64,000 bases of DNA from Catajapyx aquilonaris (taxonomy: Eukaryota), in NCBI GenBank assembly GCA_000934665.2, contig JYFJ02000999.1, forward strand, positions 1-64,000, in the 5' to 3' direction. The notes beneath the pieces are model-generated. The model made no database searches. It was not told where the DNA came from and saw only the letters and a program-made list of their open reading frames with translations. The translations under genes and the position numbers were made by a program. Positions 1 through 13,066 of this stretch are shown here, piece by piece (the stretch's first letter is position 1; every line of letters starts with the position of its first letter).

Positions 1-176
1 ACGAGAGTTTTATTCCGCAAAGCAATGCAGTTTTGGGAGTGGCTTCTATCTTAACTGCCCGGATCACAATAGGTTTACGGAGTTAGAAAGTTTCCACCGC
101 ATCCTGAGTCCGTTATAAACAGGCTTAGGGCTCATTCAACTGCACAAGATTCAGATAAAAAGTACACATTTTGTAC

Positions 177-2276
177 CTGTTGATCTCTCCGGCTGTGCAT
201 CCATAGATTGGGCACTGTCCACTTCCGCAAACATGTTCCTCGCACGCTGCAATGCCGCCTCAGAGACCTCCATTTTTTCCCCTGAAGCAGTCGAAAATCC
301 AGCAAAACCTACGAAAAGAAAATCGTTCAATAAGCATCAAATTATCCATAATAATCACGGGCTAATATTTTACCACTAATTTGTGCCACTGGTGCTTCTA
401 CAGGTTGCGAAGTGTCCGCTTCTGCAAACATGTTCCTGGCGCGCTGCATAGCTTCGTCAGATATTTTGATTTGATTCCCAGATGCTGTCGAAAATCCAGT
501 GAAGCCTGAGAAAATGCCCCGCTGAATGATAATCATATCATTTGTTAATCACAGCTAATATTTTACCACTGGTTTTCGCCACTGGTGCTTCTACAGGTTG
601 AGCACTGTCCACTTCAGTAAACATGTCCCTCGCACGCTGCATAGCCTCTTCAGATATTTGCACTTTTTTCCCTGATGCCGTTGAAAATCCACTGAAACCT
701 AACGAAATTGCCCATTAAACACGCACGTCACACTCGCATAACCACAGCTAATATTTTACCACTCGTTTTTGCCTCTTGCGCTTCGGCAGGTTGCGAACTG
801 TCCACTTCTGCAAACATGCTCCTCGCACGCTGCAGCGCTTTCTCAGACACTTGGATGCTTTTCCCTGATGCTGTCGAAAATCCAGTAAAACCTGACAAAA
901 TAGCACATTTAATATGTACACATAATATTTATAAACCCATCTGAAATGTTACCACTTGATTTTGGCGACTGTGCTTCCATAGATTCGGCATCGTCCGCTT
1001 CAGCAAACATCTTCCTTGCACGCTGCAATGCTTCCTCGGATACACGCATCGGTTTCCCTGAAGCCGTTGAAAATCTAGCAGGACCTGCAAGTAATCAAAT
1101 TATTTTCTTAACAGCTAGAGGTAATGGCAAAACAATAAGCAACTTATGCCAAAAAAAAACACAAAGTACTACAAACATTTACGATGGAATACAATGTACA
1201 TTATTTATACAGTACCATCAAACACAGGCTTGCGTGTGTCTGCATCCTGCAAATTATCATCTTCAGTCATCACTTTTGGCACACGCTGTAACGATGCATC
1301 AGACGACTCAACACTGCATCTCGAGCGAGCTGAGTTCCTATCATTCCCTACGTAACAAAAAAAAAAAAATACCCTTTACCAAAAACTTTATAATCAGTTT
1401 GTGCAAGTCATGCAATCAAAAATTCCAAAAATGCCTTAAACTGTAATAAAAACTTCATAAATAATTTTGACACCGACTTGCAAGTGCATAAAATAAGGCG
1501 AAAGAAAATGTCACATAGTAATGACGACATGGCCACAAAATTTACTGGCACACAGTTGCCTTATTTTCCGTAACCTCTTTAAATTTGCAATTAATTAAAA
1601 ACATCCTTGCATCGGCTAGAATCGTACCAACATCCGAAGACAGCTACGCAAAATCTTACCACTAAAATTTTGTGCCAGATAATCTCCAAGTTGCGCATTG
1701 TGGTCTTCAGCAAGTGTCTCCTTCCTAGTACGTAACGGTCCTTTGGAAATTTCCATTCGGTCAGAGGCGGTCGAAATTCCAGCAGGGCTGTCTGTGAAAA
1801 GACGAAGGTGTAATTTCAACTGCGAATGGACGGCTTCTAGATCTCCTATAGTCCATGTCGCTCTTACGTATTATCGTCTGTGGCGGTTCGCAGATGGTCG
1901 CTGGTGTCGGCACCGAATGCTTTTGTCGTTTGGCGGGAGGTGGAGTCTCCGGCAATTCAGCACCCGTCACGAGTGGCCTGATGGAGTATGTCGAACCTAC
2001 ATGAGCACTCTTCGCCGCCGGTGGTGTCCCCAACTCCTTATATTCCAGCCTGCCAGGCGCCGCTTGCGTCCGACGATACCTGAACTGGCTTCTTCGCTGC
2101 ACCAAATCAGGTTTCGGCGTCGACGTCACTTGCGGTGAAGACAAGTCAACCATTGATGATTCGGCTTCGCTCAGAAATTTCTCCAAACTCTGCGGCGACA
2201 CATCGCAGAAGTAATCCTCCTCCGAATCAGGCGACCTTACCACTCTAGGTGGAGTCACAAGTACTTTTCGTTGCAT
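177..2276 (-). CDS. BRCA2: BRCA2-like protein, 5' part, multi-exon with BRC repeats; 3' end unresolved
   Basis: Five 132-bp phase-1 exons (1084-953, 891-760, 698-567, 505-374, 308-177) each translate to a BRC repeat, e.g. GFSTASGKKVQISEEAMQRARDMF (FxTASG motif). Two degenerate repeat exons lie near 1790-1660 and 1340-1213. An S/P-rich N-terminal exon probably starts at ATG 2276 (MQRKVLVTPP). Confidence 0.8.
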
Positions 2277-2748
2277 TCTACTTGGAATACACTTTTTTAT
2301 TATTATTATTGCCAATAACCTGAAGAAAAAGTGTGCGAATTAATATTCTCTGCCCCCCTTGAGGCTATCAAGATTTCCCCCAGCCCTTTCCTGCCACTTC
2401 CATCGGCTGCTACTCACCCTTCAGAAGAATTTCCAAGCTTCAAACTCCGAAATAGACGTCTAGAAACCGTTAAATTTCATTTTTTATCCGGAGACATTTT
2501 CTCGACATGTTGACAAAGGGGAAGCCATCTTGAAATTAACAGAGGGAACGGACCGAGTGGAACAGGCCGTTCCCATCGACGAACCAAAGTAGCGGTGACT
2601 GACCTCGATAGCAGCTACTTGGAAATATCAGTTGCGAGTCGCGATTATGCTATTCAGCTAATTAGCTAGTAATTACTTCTCTGTGCACTGGTGTACACAG
2701 AAATGAATAAAATGATCATGTAAAATCCGTTTATTCAACCAGCACAGA

Positions 2749-3707
2749 TCAGCCAGGAGTGTGGGCGGACTCCGACAAAAGCGGAATGGTCATCGCAGCA
2801 TCCTTCCCCGTAATAAGCGATGCAGACTCCCAGTTCCGCATCTTCACGTTGCACCAAGCATTCTCAAGCTTCTTAAGGCTCTGGAGGGCCGACGCTGCCT
2901 TTCGTCCCAGCTCCGGGGTACTGCTAGGTGCTCCATCCAAAATAAGGAAGCCCCTTTTTGGAATTTGAGAAGAATTTGTAATTAAATCGCACCTTGTGTT
3001 TGATGGGAGCCCCCGTACTTGTATATCTCCCGCAATACTGTGCAGGCAGTCTTGCAGCGATGAGGGTGTCCAGCACCCAGCGAGGATATACCCACGCGCA
3101 TCAGCTCGCCCGATACATCCGCAAGTCCTAGAACAGCTTCAATAATCGGTATCGCCACATCTCCGAGTGTATCTTGCAGCTCACGTAAGGTTGGAATTGG
3201 GCTTCCTTCTTCTTGGACCTCCCAGCGTAGGTAGTGCAACAGCGAGCAGGCCTCCACGTACTCTTGAAACCCAGGGCTGATGGTACGGAGGAACTGGTAC
3301 AGATCATGCCCTCGCAGCTCGTTAGCCACAGCGGCCCAAACAGTCTGGCTGAGAACCCGGAGTCGCTTGTCGGCCTCTTCTGTCACATGCTCCGGTGAGC
3401 TGGAACGGACTCGATTTGCTAACTGCGTACACCGATTGGTTTGCAGGATTTACCTTCCAGCACGGTGCAGCAGAAAAATGATTCGCTTGCTCTCAGTGGT
3501 GATGTCCCTGCTCATCTTCACCAGTCGCTCGTACCGATCATGCTTGGCGTCCAGTTCTTTCGCTAGCGAGTGAAACATGGCCAGGATGGGCCTGCCGCTC
3601 AAGTCCACCTCGTCTACTGCGGACACCGCTGCGTTCCTCCGCCTCCCTACAGAGTCGCCATGCTTTTTACCCTTTCCCCTGCCGGCCTGGTCACTCCAGT
3701 AGCCCAT
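2749..3707 (-). CDS. TSNAX: Translin-associated factor X (TRAX), 3 exons: 3707-3454, 3399-3019, 2953-2749
   Basis: Motifs [52 protein letters not shown] and [12 protein letters not shown] are typical of TRAX. GT-AG introns join the three ORFs in frame. Confidence 0.92.
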
Positions 3708-4149
3708 GGTGCTTATTCCAACGGCCTCCTTAAAAAATGGTGGTTACTTGCACGTACAACGTGTAAATTCAGCTCATCGTACTGAAGGTACCGGTCCACA
3801 CCTTACAGTGGCTGTACACACTGGCTATAATTACAACGGGACATGCACAATTAAGTACTGAACACTGAGTACTACTCACCACGTGGTAATTTAACCAACA
3901 ATGCCTCCAACCAAAATGTGATCAAAGACAAACTGTTGCATATTCAAATACTTCACAAGGTTTCTCAATCCTGCCACCAGAGAGAAGGTGGCAGCAGCAG
4001 ACAATTGCGTCCTCCTGGTGGCCATTAAAATTAATATAATTACCGCTGAGGCTTCGTTTTTTTGTTTTTTTTTTAAATAATAACTTAGATCCAATACCAA
4101 AAAATATGATAAGTAATAAAATCATGTAACATATATTCTACATAACACT

Positions 4150-4540
4150 AGAAAAACACTCGCCTCGCTCACATTTTTCTATGCCTGCGGTTTTAGAGAA
4201 ACACTCGCCTCGCTCACATTTTTTTATGCCTGCGGCTTAGAGAAACACTCGCTTCGCTCACATTTTTCTAGGCCTGCGGTTTAGAGAGAAACTCTCGCTT
4301 CGCTCAACGTTTTTCTAGGCCTGCGGTTAAGAGAAAACACTCGCTTCGCTCACATATTTTTCTGTGCCTGCGGTTTAGAGAAACACTCGCTTCGCTCACA
4401 TTTTTCTAGGCCTGCGGTTTAGAGAGAAACTCTTGCTTCGCTCACATTTTTCTAGGCCTGCGGTTTAGAGAGAAACTCTTGCTTCGCTCAACGTTTTTCT
4501 AGGCCTGCGGTTTAGAGAAACACTCGCTTCGCTCAACCTT
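4150..4540. repeat. Minisatellite, about 9 copies of a ~45-bp unit (AGAGAAACACTCGCTTCGCTCACATTTTTCTAGGCCTGCGGTTT)
   Basis: Head-to-tail copies are directly visible, with no unique spacers. Confidence 0.9.
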
Positions 4541-5161
4541 TTCTGAAAGTTTTTGAAATGTCAGCAGTCCCTTTGATGAGACATGATTATTAATTATGAC
4601 CGCCTTCGCAGACTTTAAAAAATAAGGTGCAAATGACGCACGGTGAACCAGATTGTATTAACCAGCTATTGCCAAACCGACAGTATGCCAGAGAGCGCAG
4701 AACTTTTTCTTCCACGTTTTCAGCAGGTGTTTTTATTACTGACTCACTATAGGGTCTGTTATTTCAGAAGAGATTCATATGCAAGTCAATTATTGTACGG
4801 CATCCACGTACATTGCAAAGTGCCACATATTCTCAACCGCATCTCGAGCAAGCATTCACCGTCAAGACTTCAGGCTGATCAGAAGCGAAAAAGACATCGA
4901 GCTCTCCCTGACAATAATATACTAAGAGTAGAATCAGAGGTACGTATTAATAATATTGTGTATCTACACACAGGAACAATGTGCAATTATGTTCACATAA
5001 TGTCATTTTTCCAATCCAGAACATTATGAGAGCTGTTACGTTTCACTTAGATGTGAAAAGGCATTTTTAAAAAAAAAAATGTCCAATGCAATTAAATCCT
5101 TATGTCTTGCTCTTTCCTTCTAATGCAGCAGGTTGTACAAGGAAAAGTACAAATCGATTAC

Positions 5162-6279
5162 ATGATGAACAGCAAGTTGCTTGCAATTGTGGCGACTATC
5201 GTCCTGGCCGCATCTACATTTGGAGACACCATAGTTCCCGATTGCACTGCCGGTACCTACCCGACCGATCCTTTTACTACGATTATGGTAAGCCACTTCT
5301 TAAAATTATTGGATGTGATTTCCTATACCACATACTATAATAATTATAGTCTTCAAAAAAAAAAAAACTGATTTCTTTGAGGATTGATATATCCGTTTGT
5401 CAAAAGCAATGTTAAAAGAAAGCTTGTGAAGTAAATTTACAATCAATAACTTGCATTTTGCATTTTATACCTACTTCTTTCCTAGATGTACAATATGCTA
5501 TAGTTACGGCCTAATAAGTGTAAGAGTAATATTTAATCCACAGGGTGAAAATATTTGGTTTGCTATGGAATCCAACTGCAACCGTTACATTATTATTGAC
5601 GGTGCGTGCCTACAGTGTATCACCCTAAGGGTGAAAATGACTGGAGATGACGACATCCACGTGACAGGAACATTCACTCACTCATTTTCTGCGTCGATGT
5701 AAGTTTAGCGTATGTGTTGGACATACCAGCAGGACCCTGGAAATAAGGCCGCACAACATCAATAATTAATGGACAGAATGAAAATGACTCATGCTCTAAT
5801 CTTGTACCCTTCAGCTTCAATTATCAAAGCTATTTGAACCTGCCAATGACACGCCAGAAACCTATCGTAAACAATGAAGTCAAATTTTGTGGAACAGGGA
5901 CAATTCAAGCACTTTACGTAGAAGAACAGGGTGTCAAGTACCCTGTAGATGTGTGTTTCAAGGTGACCCAAATTTCTTCCTGCAATTATGCGATCATAAA
6001 GTTACTGAAGGTTACCTACGGGATCATCCCATACTTGCCCCTAGGTGAGTATAACTGAATATTTACAAGCCAAAGGTTGGTGCATGCATGACTCATGTTC
6101 TTAACTGTACTGTTGTTAACTTTTCAGAGAACTCGTACATGACTTTTATTGCATGCCCGACAAACACAGAAGCTCGGAATGCAACAATAGAACTGATGGA
6201 AACAGAAAATGGCGATCCATATATGTACAACGTATGCAATGAATACTGCCCATGGTGCCCAGTACTTGATGATGAATAA
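5162..6279 (+). CDS. Secreted Cys-rich protein, ~220 aa, possibly lipocalin-like; exons 5162-5287, 5544-5698, 5815-6044, 6128-6279
   Basis: Signal peptide MMNSKLLAIVATIVLAASTFG. Canonical splice sites give one continuous frame. A GENIWF motif and beta-strand patterning are suggestive; the fold call is inference. Confidence 0.75.
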
Positions 6280-7080
6280 AACACAAGCACATGTGTTACA
6301 GTAAAAAGGACAAATGGGCATCTATACCTATTAGTAAAGTGCCTGGTAATTAAAATATTCCTTTTCTTCTGTACATAATGAGATAATATTAAACAATAAT
6401 TATCTGTAGACCATCACAGTGTTACTCTGACTATTCTGCATTTCAGGACATAAGTACATTAGCACTTCATCCTTACTGTACACTTAAATACTGCACTGTA
6501 AATCATGTGAAATGCCTTCGGTGTGTACTGCCGTTTCTAGGTGAAGGTCTGTAATTACATGTCAGCTGGGCGATATTTTAAATTTTCATGTACACTAGTG
6601 TACATGAAAATTTAAAATATTGAATAGGAACCTCACTATTCCAAGCTTGGAATAGTGAGGTTCCTATTCAAGGTTGCAGCTGGAGCCGTCAACACAGTGA
6701 TTGTCACTGTCACAAACCAGGTCACTGTCTATGCATTAATTGTCCTGCCCACACCTGAAGTCCTCGCATCCGAAACCTGAAGGAAAAAGAGGGGCATGCA
6801 TATCATGCATGTCGAGCGTGAAATGAAATTCTCCCTGTTTTGCATTCTAATTAACATAAAAATGACTCGGTGAATGAATGAAAGGCTGCACGTTCTGTCA
6901 TTGCAAGACCGCTCCGGATATCTCACAACATAAATGTAGCAGTACAAAAATAACAAGGTTTCACTTACTTTAATGTGCTGGTTAAGGAAGAAAGGCATGA
7001 ATAATATCCATTTGTCCTTAGAATTCATTGTTCACTACATATGAATAAATACATAACGAAAAGTTCAAATTAATCAACTT

Positions 7081-8659
7081 TTACTTCAACGTAATGGAAT
7101 CAGGGAGGTCTTCCTTCGTATAGGCATGGATGAGGCTGATTATGTTCGCCTCACAAGCAAGCTGATACTTTTGCGGGACCTCGTTCCTCAGAAGGAACCC
7201 AATGTACGACAGAAAACAGGAAGTTCTGTCAGGCTGATCCGTCTCGTGAGCCAGTTGCCTGAAACACACAAAATGGCATTAGAACTACTCTCGAGTGATT
7301 ATTGTAAGAAAAAAAGTTTACCGCAAAGGCGACAATTACGGTGCGTTTATGTCCTTATAATTTTTTTACAGGACTTCACCAACATGCGCATGAACTGAAA
7401 TTGCGTGAGTAATTATTTCAATCACCTGTCAATGCTGTCAAGCGTCTTCCGAATGTCAGCTGTCTCTTCGTCACACTCTTGCAATGCAGCCTCAGTTGTC
7501 CTCGCTCTCTTCCTGTTTTGATGAGGTACGTTGCATGAAGAGGCAGGATTCATATTAGAGGTTCGGGTTGGAGGAGGGGCTGGTGCGGACAACGAAGACG
7601 AGCCACCTGCCAGAGGGGTTGGGTTCTCGCAAGGTGTTTGAAGACCTTCACTCTCCACATTGAAGTCCATATAAAGAGTGCCACCTTCCGTAACTTCGCT
7701 TTCAGTTTTGACTTCAATAATGCCTGCCGCGTTGTCTACAGGGTGCTCTCCAAGGTCAATTTCAGGGCAGATGCTATCTTCGCTGGCTCCGTCAGACGTG
7801 CCCGGCACATCCAGGATATGAGACTGATCAGGCTCTTTGCTCACGGTGAAACTTCTCCTGAAAAATGTAGGTATTCGCAGGTTGAATGCGTGGCATGCGC
7901 TAATTGTCATTATGACGTCAAGTGAAATTATTACCAAAAGTACGTACTCGGTTTCAGTTACTAATTTTGTCAATTTTGACAATTGCAATGACATGGGACA
8001 CTTGGTAGAAGTACAAAGACGTAAAAAAATAATAATTACTCACTTCCTAAAACCAACTGCGTCTTTCAAAAACATCAAGTCCTTGAAGTATGGCCATGTG
8101 GTGCATTTGACACTGAGAATCCCATGGGTTGCTCTAATGTCGCCAAGTATGATGCGGAACTTGTCAACCAACACTTTCCAAATCCTTTTGCATTCAGTAA
8201 CTGCGGAAAAAAACTTTGTAATTGCGGACTTGACATACACAGTCAATTAATTAGCGCATAAGTAACAGAGTGCAATTACCCTCCATTTCCATACTCTGCG
8301 CCACTTGGAACCACGCCCAATGCGCATTGCTCCGGGTCCTGTTTGACATGAGAGGCTTCTTCCATAGCTCAGGCCACTTCCGCACTTCCACGATGAGTTT
8401 TCTCCTCCTCACCGCGTCCTCTCGTCTCAGCGCAGCACGGTGTTCTTGCAGCTGTTTCCTTGTGGACGCGGTCTTGTACGCCTGCACACACTGGGGAAAA
8501 AGCAACTGTTGACAATTCCCTGGCACACGCAAAGGTGTTAATTTACACAAATTGTGCGCATACCTTATTACCGCAATTTTGGGAAACGGCTAAGGGGTCG
8601 GCTGCGTAACGACCGGCGACAGGCACAGCGACCAAGCCCTCGTTATTCACAACCTCCAT
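7081..8659 (-). CDS. MADF-BESS transcription factor; exons 8659-8564, 8490-8280, 8200-8044, 7857-7426, 7258-7081
   Basis: MADF motif LIVEVRKWPELW...AWFQVA...ECKRIWKVLVDKFR...WPYFKDLMFL. C-terminal BESS-like motif DRTSCFLSYIGFLLRNEVPQKYQLACEANIISLI. Intron phases are compatible throughout. Confidence 0.85.
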
Positions 8660-9041
8660 TGCGGCTTCTCCAGCCACCTTCCTTCAATGCAAACGTATCC
8701 TCCGCAGTACCACAGCTGTCAATCCGCCTTCTTCGTTTCACCTAGGACATACAAAACAATCAAATTAGACCGCTGCGGTGCATCAGGTTGGAATATTAAT
8801 AATTCCTTTCGCTTTTTCCTTTTTGCAAATTTTTGGTCAGGTAGCAACAACAACATAATATCAACCAGAGATTCTCTCCATTACACAAATGGTTTGTTGA
8901 TTTGTACAGCACCATGCCAACGTGTAGATAGTCCATGGCAACAAAGCGCAACGAAGCCATCATGGCAACAGCGGATTCGATTCGAATGTGAATGAAATAA
9001 TAAAGACAAAGAAAGAAGAAGAAGAAAAAAAAAATGCTTAC

Positions 9042-9200
9042 GTTTTGGACAGAGAAGCGGCCATCTTGGAAGCCAAAGGGTGCGTTCCCATCGGCGGATC
9101 GAAAAAAAAAACAGATCTGTTCCCTCATCTTATTCATTGGACTGTTTAAAAATCGCAGATTCGATAGGAACGGCTACTGCGAGTCGCGGCTACTGATCCC
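9042..9200 (-). promoter_or_regulatory. Promoter/first exon of the MADF gene, same module as the zinc-finger promoters
   Basis: GCCATCTTGG (YY1/Pho-type core), GGGTGCGTTCCCATC and GGAACGGCTAC..GTCGCGGCTACT. The latter two match 12385-12485 and 16560-16660. Splice donor AC|GTAAGC at 9041. Confidence 0.6.
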
Positions 9201-9636
9201 CGTTACATACGCTAGTCGCTCTTTTTACATATGCAAACTGATATTTAATCATTTTTAATGTAAGGCTAATTTTAAGTGAAGGTTTTATTTTTATTTCATC
9301 CTCATTTTGCTTTACAATAATTACAGTATTCATACAGCCTGAAATTAAACAAACAATTATCATGGTACATAAAGTAATAATGACAATTTTAAGCCGGATG
9401 CAAACTAAACGTAGCCCGCACAACTTTTGCACGCTTTCCATCAATCGCAACACTTCTTAACACAAATGAACAAAACTATTGCGAGTGTCGGAGTGTGCGG
9501 TACTTTGTCTGCATCAATACATGAAGCCGGTTCGACTTATTTCGTTAGCACATTCGGCAGAGGTTTCACCTGAACGAACCTCCCGTCACTTTTGAATGAA
9601 CCAATCCTCTCTACAATCTGTAACAGAATATTCCGG

Positions 9637-11844
9637 CTATCGGGCATGTACCTTCATGTGGGTTCTTAAAGCTGCTAACTGACGAAACGGTCTTTTACAA
9701 ACACTACAACTGTATGGCATCTCCCCAGTGTGTATTCTGAGATGTGCACTTAAAGCATTTGGGTGGCTAAATTTCCTCTTGCAAATCTCACAAGCAAATG
9801 GTTGCTCGCCCGTATGCGTCCTCATGTGCAATCTCAAAGCGCGTAAATTACAAAACCTTTTTTTGCATTCATCGCATTCAAATGGCTTTTCCCCGGTGTG
9901 GGTCATAATGTGCCTCCTCAAACCAGATGGTTGAGACAGCTTTTTCCCACATATATGACAACTGTAGGTCCTTTCTCGTGTGTGCGTGTTCACATGATTT
10001 ATCAAAGCAGATATCTGACGAAAGTTTTTATTGCAAATCTGGCAAGTATATGGCCGTTCACCCGTGTGGGTTCTCATGTGGACATTCAAATAAGCCAACC
10101 GGCCAAAAGCTTTCTGGCAAACGAGGCAACTAAATGGCTTCTTCCCTGAGTGTGCATGAAGGTGCGCTTTCAGGCCATGTTCAAGGCTAAACTTTTTCTG
10201 GCAAATGTGACAACCATATGGCTTTTCCCCAGTGTGCGTCCTCATATGCAGAACTAACCCACGTCGCTTCGCAAATTTGCTGCTACAAAACTCGCAACTG
10301 AATCGCTTCTCTCCTGTGTGAGTTGTCGTGGTGCACATCTTTGGGTTCTGCAACTTCTTTGCATTTTCTTCATCAACTTTCTGTTGGTGCTGCTGAAATG
10401 TGCAAGAATATATTGTCACCCAAGGTTCCTTAAATTTTTAGTTAGTTTTCTAGAAAAAGTATGTTGCGTTTCTTCAACTGCGAGACATTTTGACATTTTT
10501 CTTGACTTTCATATATAACTTTATTTTTTTTGGATAATGCGCAACAAGAGTAATCTGCAGCCGGACATTGGAAGTACAGTGTAAATGCATTCACAAGTAT
10601 TGATTTTGTGTATCTAGATGCAATGGCATACCTTATGCGTTGCTTCATGTGAAATGTCCAAAGGATCCCGTTCAAAATGAGTCGCACTTGCCACAGCAAC
10701 CAGTTCCTCTTCCTCCGCTGGCTCCACTTTGACATCCTCGACATCTTCTTCTTTGACCTTGGCAAGACACTGATATGCAGAGGGCTCCTCCTTCAGTCGC
10801 AACTTCCACTCCTCCTCTGTGGTGATGCTCCCTTCATCATCCTCTTCCTTTTTGATCTCCATTGACATCCTAGGTTTAATCTGTGATAGATCATAAGGTA
10901 ATTATTGTCGAATTACAGCGCTAATGACTCAAATCGGGTACGACAATTGGTCTGCTAATTGAAATCCTAATAAATTACTGTCAGCGAAGGACATACAAAA
11001 CGACCGACAGCTATCATTGACATAATTATCGTCGCTGTGGAGTCAGAACCACGTAACGCGAAAAGGCACATTTTTTAGGCGAGCAAAAAAACTGTATTGC
11101 GGTTAGATGGAATATTTTTACAAGTGCACACCTATTATTATTGATGCATTGATAACTGGTACACATTTGTATAAATTGCACAAGTGGTATCTTTTATTCA
11201 ATCTTTTTGATCTCCTGAAAAATTCCCATATTACGAGATACGTGGTTTTGACACCACAGCTTTAGTTATAATTAACACTAGAACCGTGGCGTCCTTGAAA
11301 GTTATGTTAACTGTGACGTGGGGATCTTTTAGGACCCCCTCCATAGTTTAATTTTTTATTAATTTTGACATAATACTTTTCAGTGTATTGACTATATGCA
11401 ACCATTCATTGAACAATGCCTAATATGATCGCTAATTCAAAATAAACATGCACTTCCTGTTATATACTGTAAAAAAATGGCAAACAGTTCCTTGTAATTA
11501 TCGTTTTAATTCCTTTGGGGGTCCTAATGATCCCAGGTCACGGTTCCAGAGTTGAAATCATGAAAAGTTCCTACTGCCTCCTGTGGCGGCATTCCAGTTA
11601 CGAGATGTTTGACCAGGACTCCCATTAATTAGCCATAGTAATGTCGCACTGTGTGTACCTTCTTACTTGTCCCATCTGATGCTGCAATGGCTAATGCATC
11701 TTGCTCATTATCAGGGGCATCCGGCCAAGGGTTCATCTTCTCTTTTTCCCTCTTTCCCTCTCCGCCACATCCCAAAGAGTCAACCCGGCTTAACCGGGGC
11801 TGTCCTCTCCCTCCTTGAAACCATTTCTTGATCTTCAACGACAT
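9637..11844 (-). CDS. C2H2 zinc-finger protein Z1, 8 fingers; exons (11844-11659), 10880/10868-10632, 10392-9637
   Basis: Tandem CxxC..HxxxH fingers with TGEKP linkers. The acidic exon ends AAG|GTATG (phase 0). The upstream divergent exon is tentative. Confidence 0.85.
11276..11551. mobile_element. Short non-autonomous DNA element with TTAA-type flanks (piggyBac-like MITE); paralogous copy at 15283-15732
   Basis: Ends TTAA-CACTAGAACCGTG ... CACGGTTCCAGAG/GGG-TTAA form imperfect inverted repeats, with internal inverted GGGGTC/GACCCC motifs. Confidence 0.55.
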
Positions 11845-13066
11845 GGATCTGCAAATTTAGTTCCTGATGAGTGTCGTACAGGTGCCATGCCGCATGCGGA
11901 AGGGAATTTATTTACCTGACCAGTACCTGACCCTGCGGGGAATCCATGATTCTGCAGCATATGACTGCGGCCTGGGATATCTGCGGTGGTCAGCAACAGT
12001 TCACGACACGACGAGGGCTGCCTTATTCACGCTACGGCTAGGCCTTCTTGTCAACCACAGCCTGATGTGCATGACCCCCTGTAAAGAACATTAAACCAGT
12101 CATACGGGCCTCTTCTAAAAAGTACAGCAAAGGAAAGGGGGGGAAAAAAATACTCGACAAACCTTCGCCATTCAACTGATAAGAATAAGTGAGATAAACA
12201 AGGGGTGCGTTCCTACTCACAGCCCTACACACTTAATGGTTCGTTCCTTTTTGTCCAACTGTGAACTGGAAAGAACTAAAAGCGTGATGATTTTACTAAA
12301 AATCATTTAAAAAAAATTAAATACGTAAAAAATAGAGGAAGAGTTTAAAAGCGAAGAGAAGATGACATAATTGTGATTACAAATGCTGGGTGCGTTCCCA
12401 TCCGCGGATCAAAAACCGATCTGTTCCCTTGTCACCGCTTAAACGCTATTCAATAGGAACTGCTAACACAAGTCGCGGCTACTTATCATTTGCTGGTAGC
12501 TCTTTTATCTGAAAATTTGTCATTAAAGTGGGAGTGAACTATTGTTATTAATTTATTCGTCTTGATTTACAATTATTGCAATCGTAACAACCTGGGAGTG
12601 AACAACAGTACATAACAAAGATAGGCTCTGGTACATAAGATATAAGGCTAATTTAATGCAGAATTCAAACAAAATGTAATTATTATCCTGACTTTTTTCT
12701 TTTCTTTTGCAGATTATGTGACATTTTCAACAATGTCAACACTACCTAACTCTCATGAACAAAACTAATTACCAGTCTGCAAGCAAGTGTGGTTCATCTA
12801 TACGTGACATGGGTTGGATTTTACATACTTGGTCCTGGACTTATTTGTCAGCATGCTGCACACCAGCTTTCACTTGAAATAACAATGCATGTCCTCCCAT
12901 CATCACTTTCGACTGAACTACTCCTGTACAATCCGCAACAGAATATTCCAGCTATCGTGCATGTACCTTCATGTGCGAATATATAAAGTAGCAAAATAAC
13001 GAAATTGTCTTTTACAAACAATACAAGTGTGTGGCATCTCCCCAGTGTGAATTTTGAGATGCGTAC

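Noticed and set aside
4150..4540. CRISPR-like repeat array
   Set aside because: Units are contiguous with no unique spacers, there are no cas genes and the context is eukaryotic.
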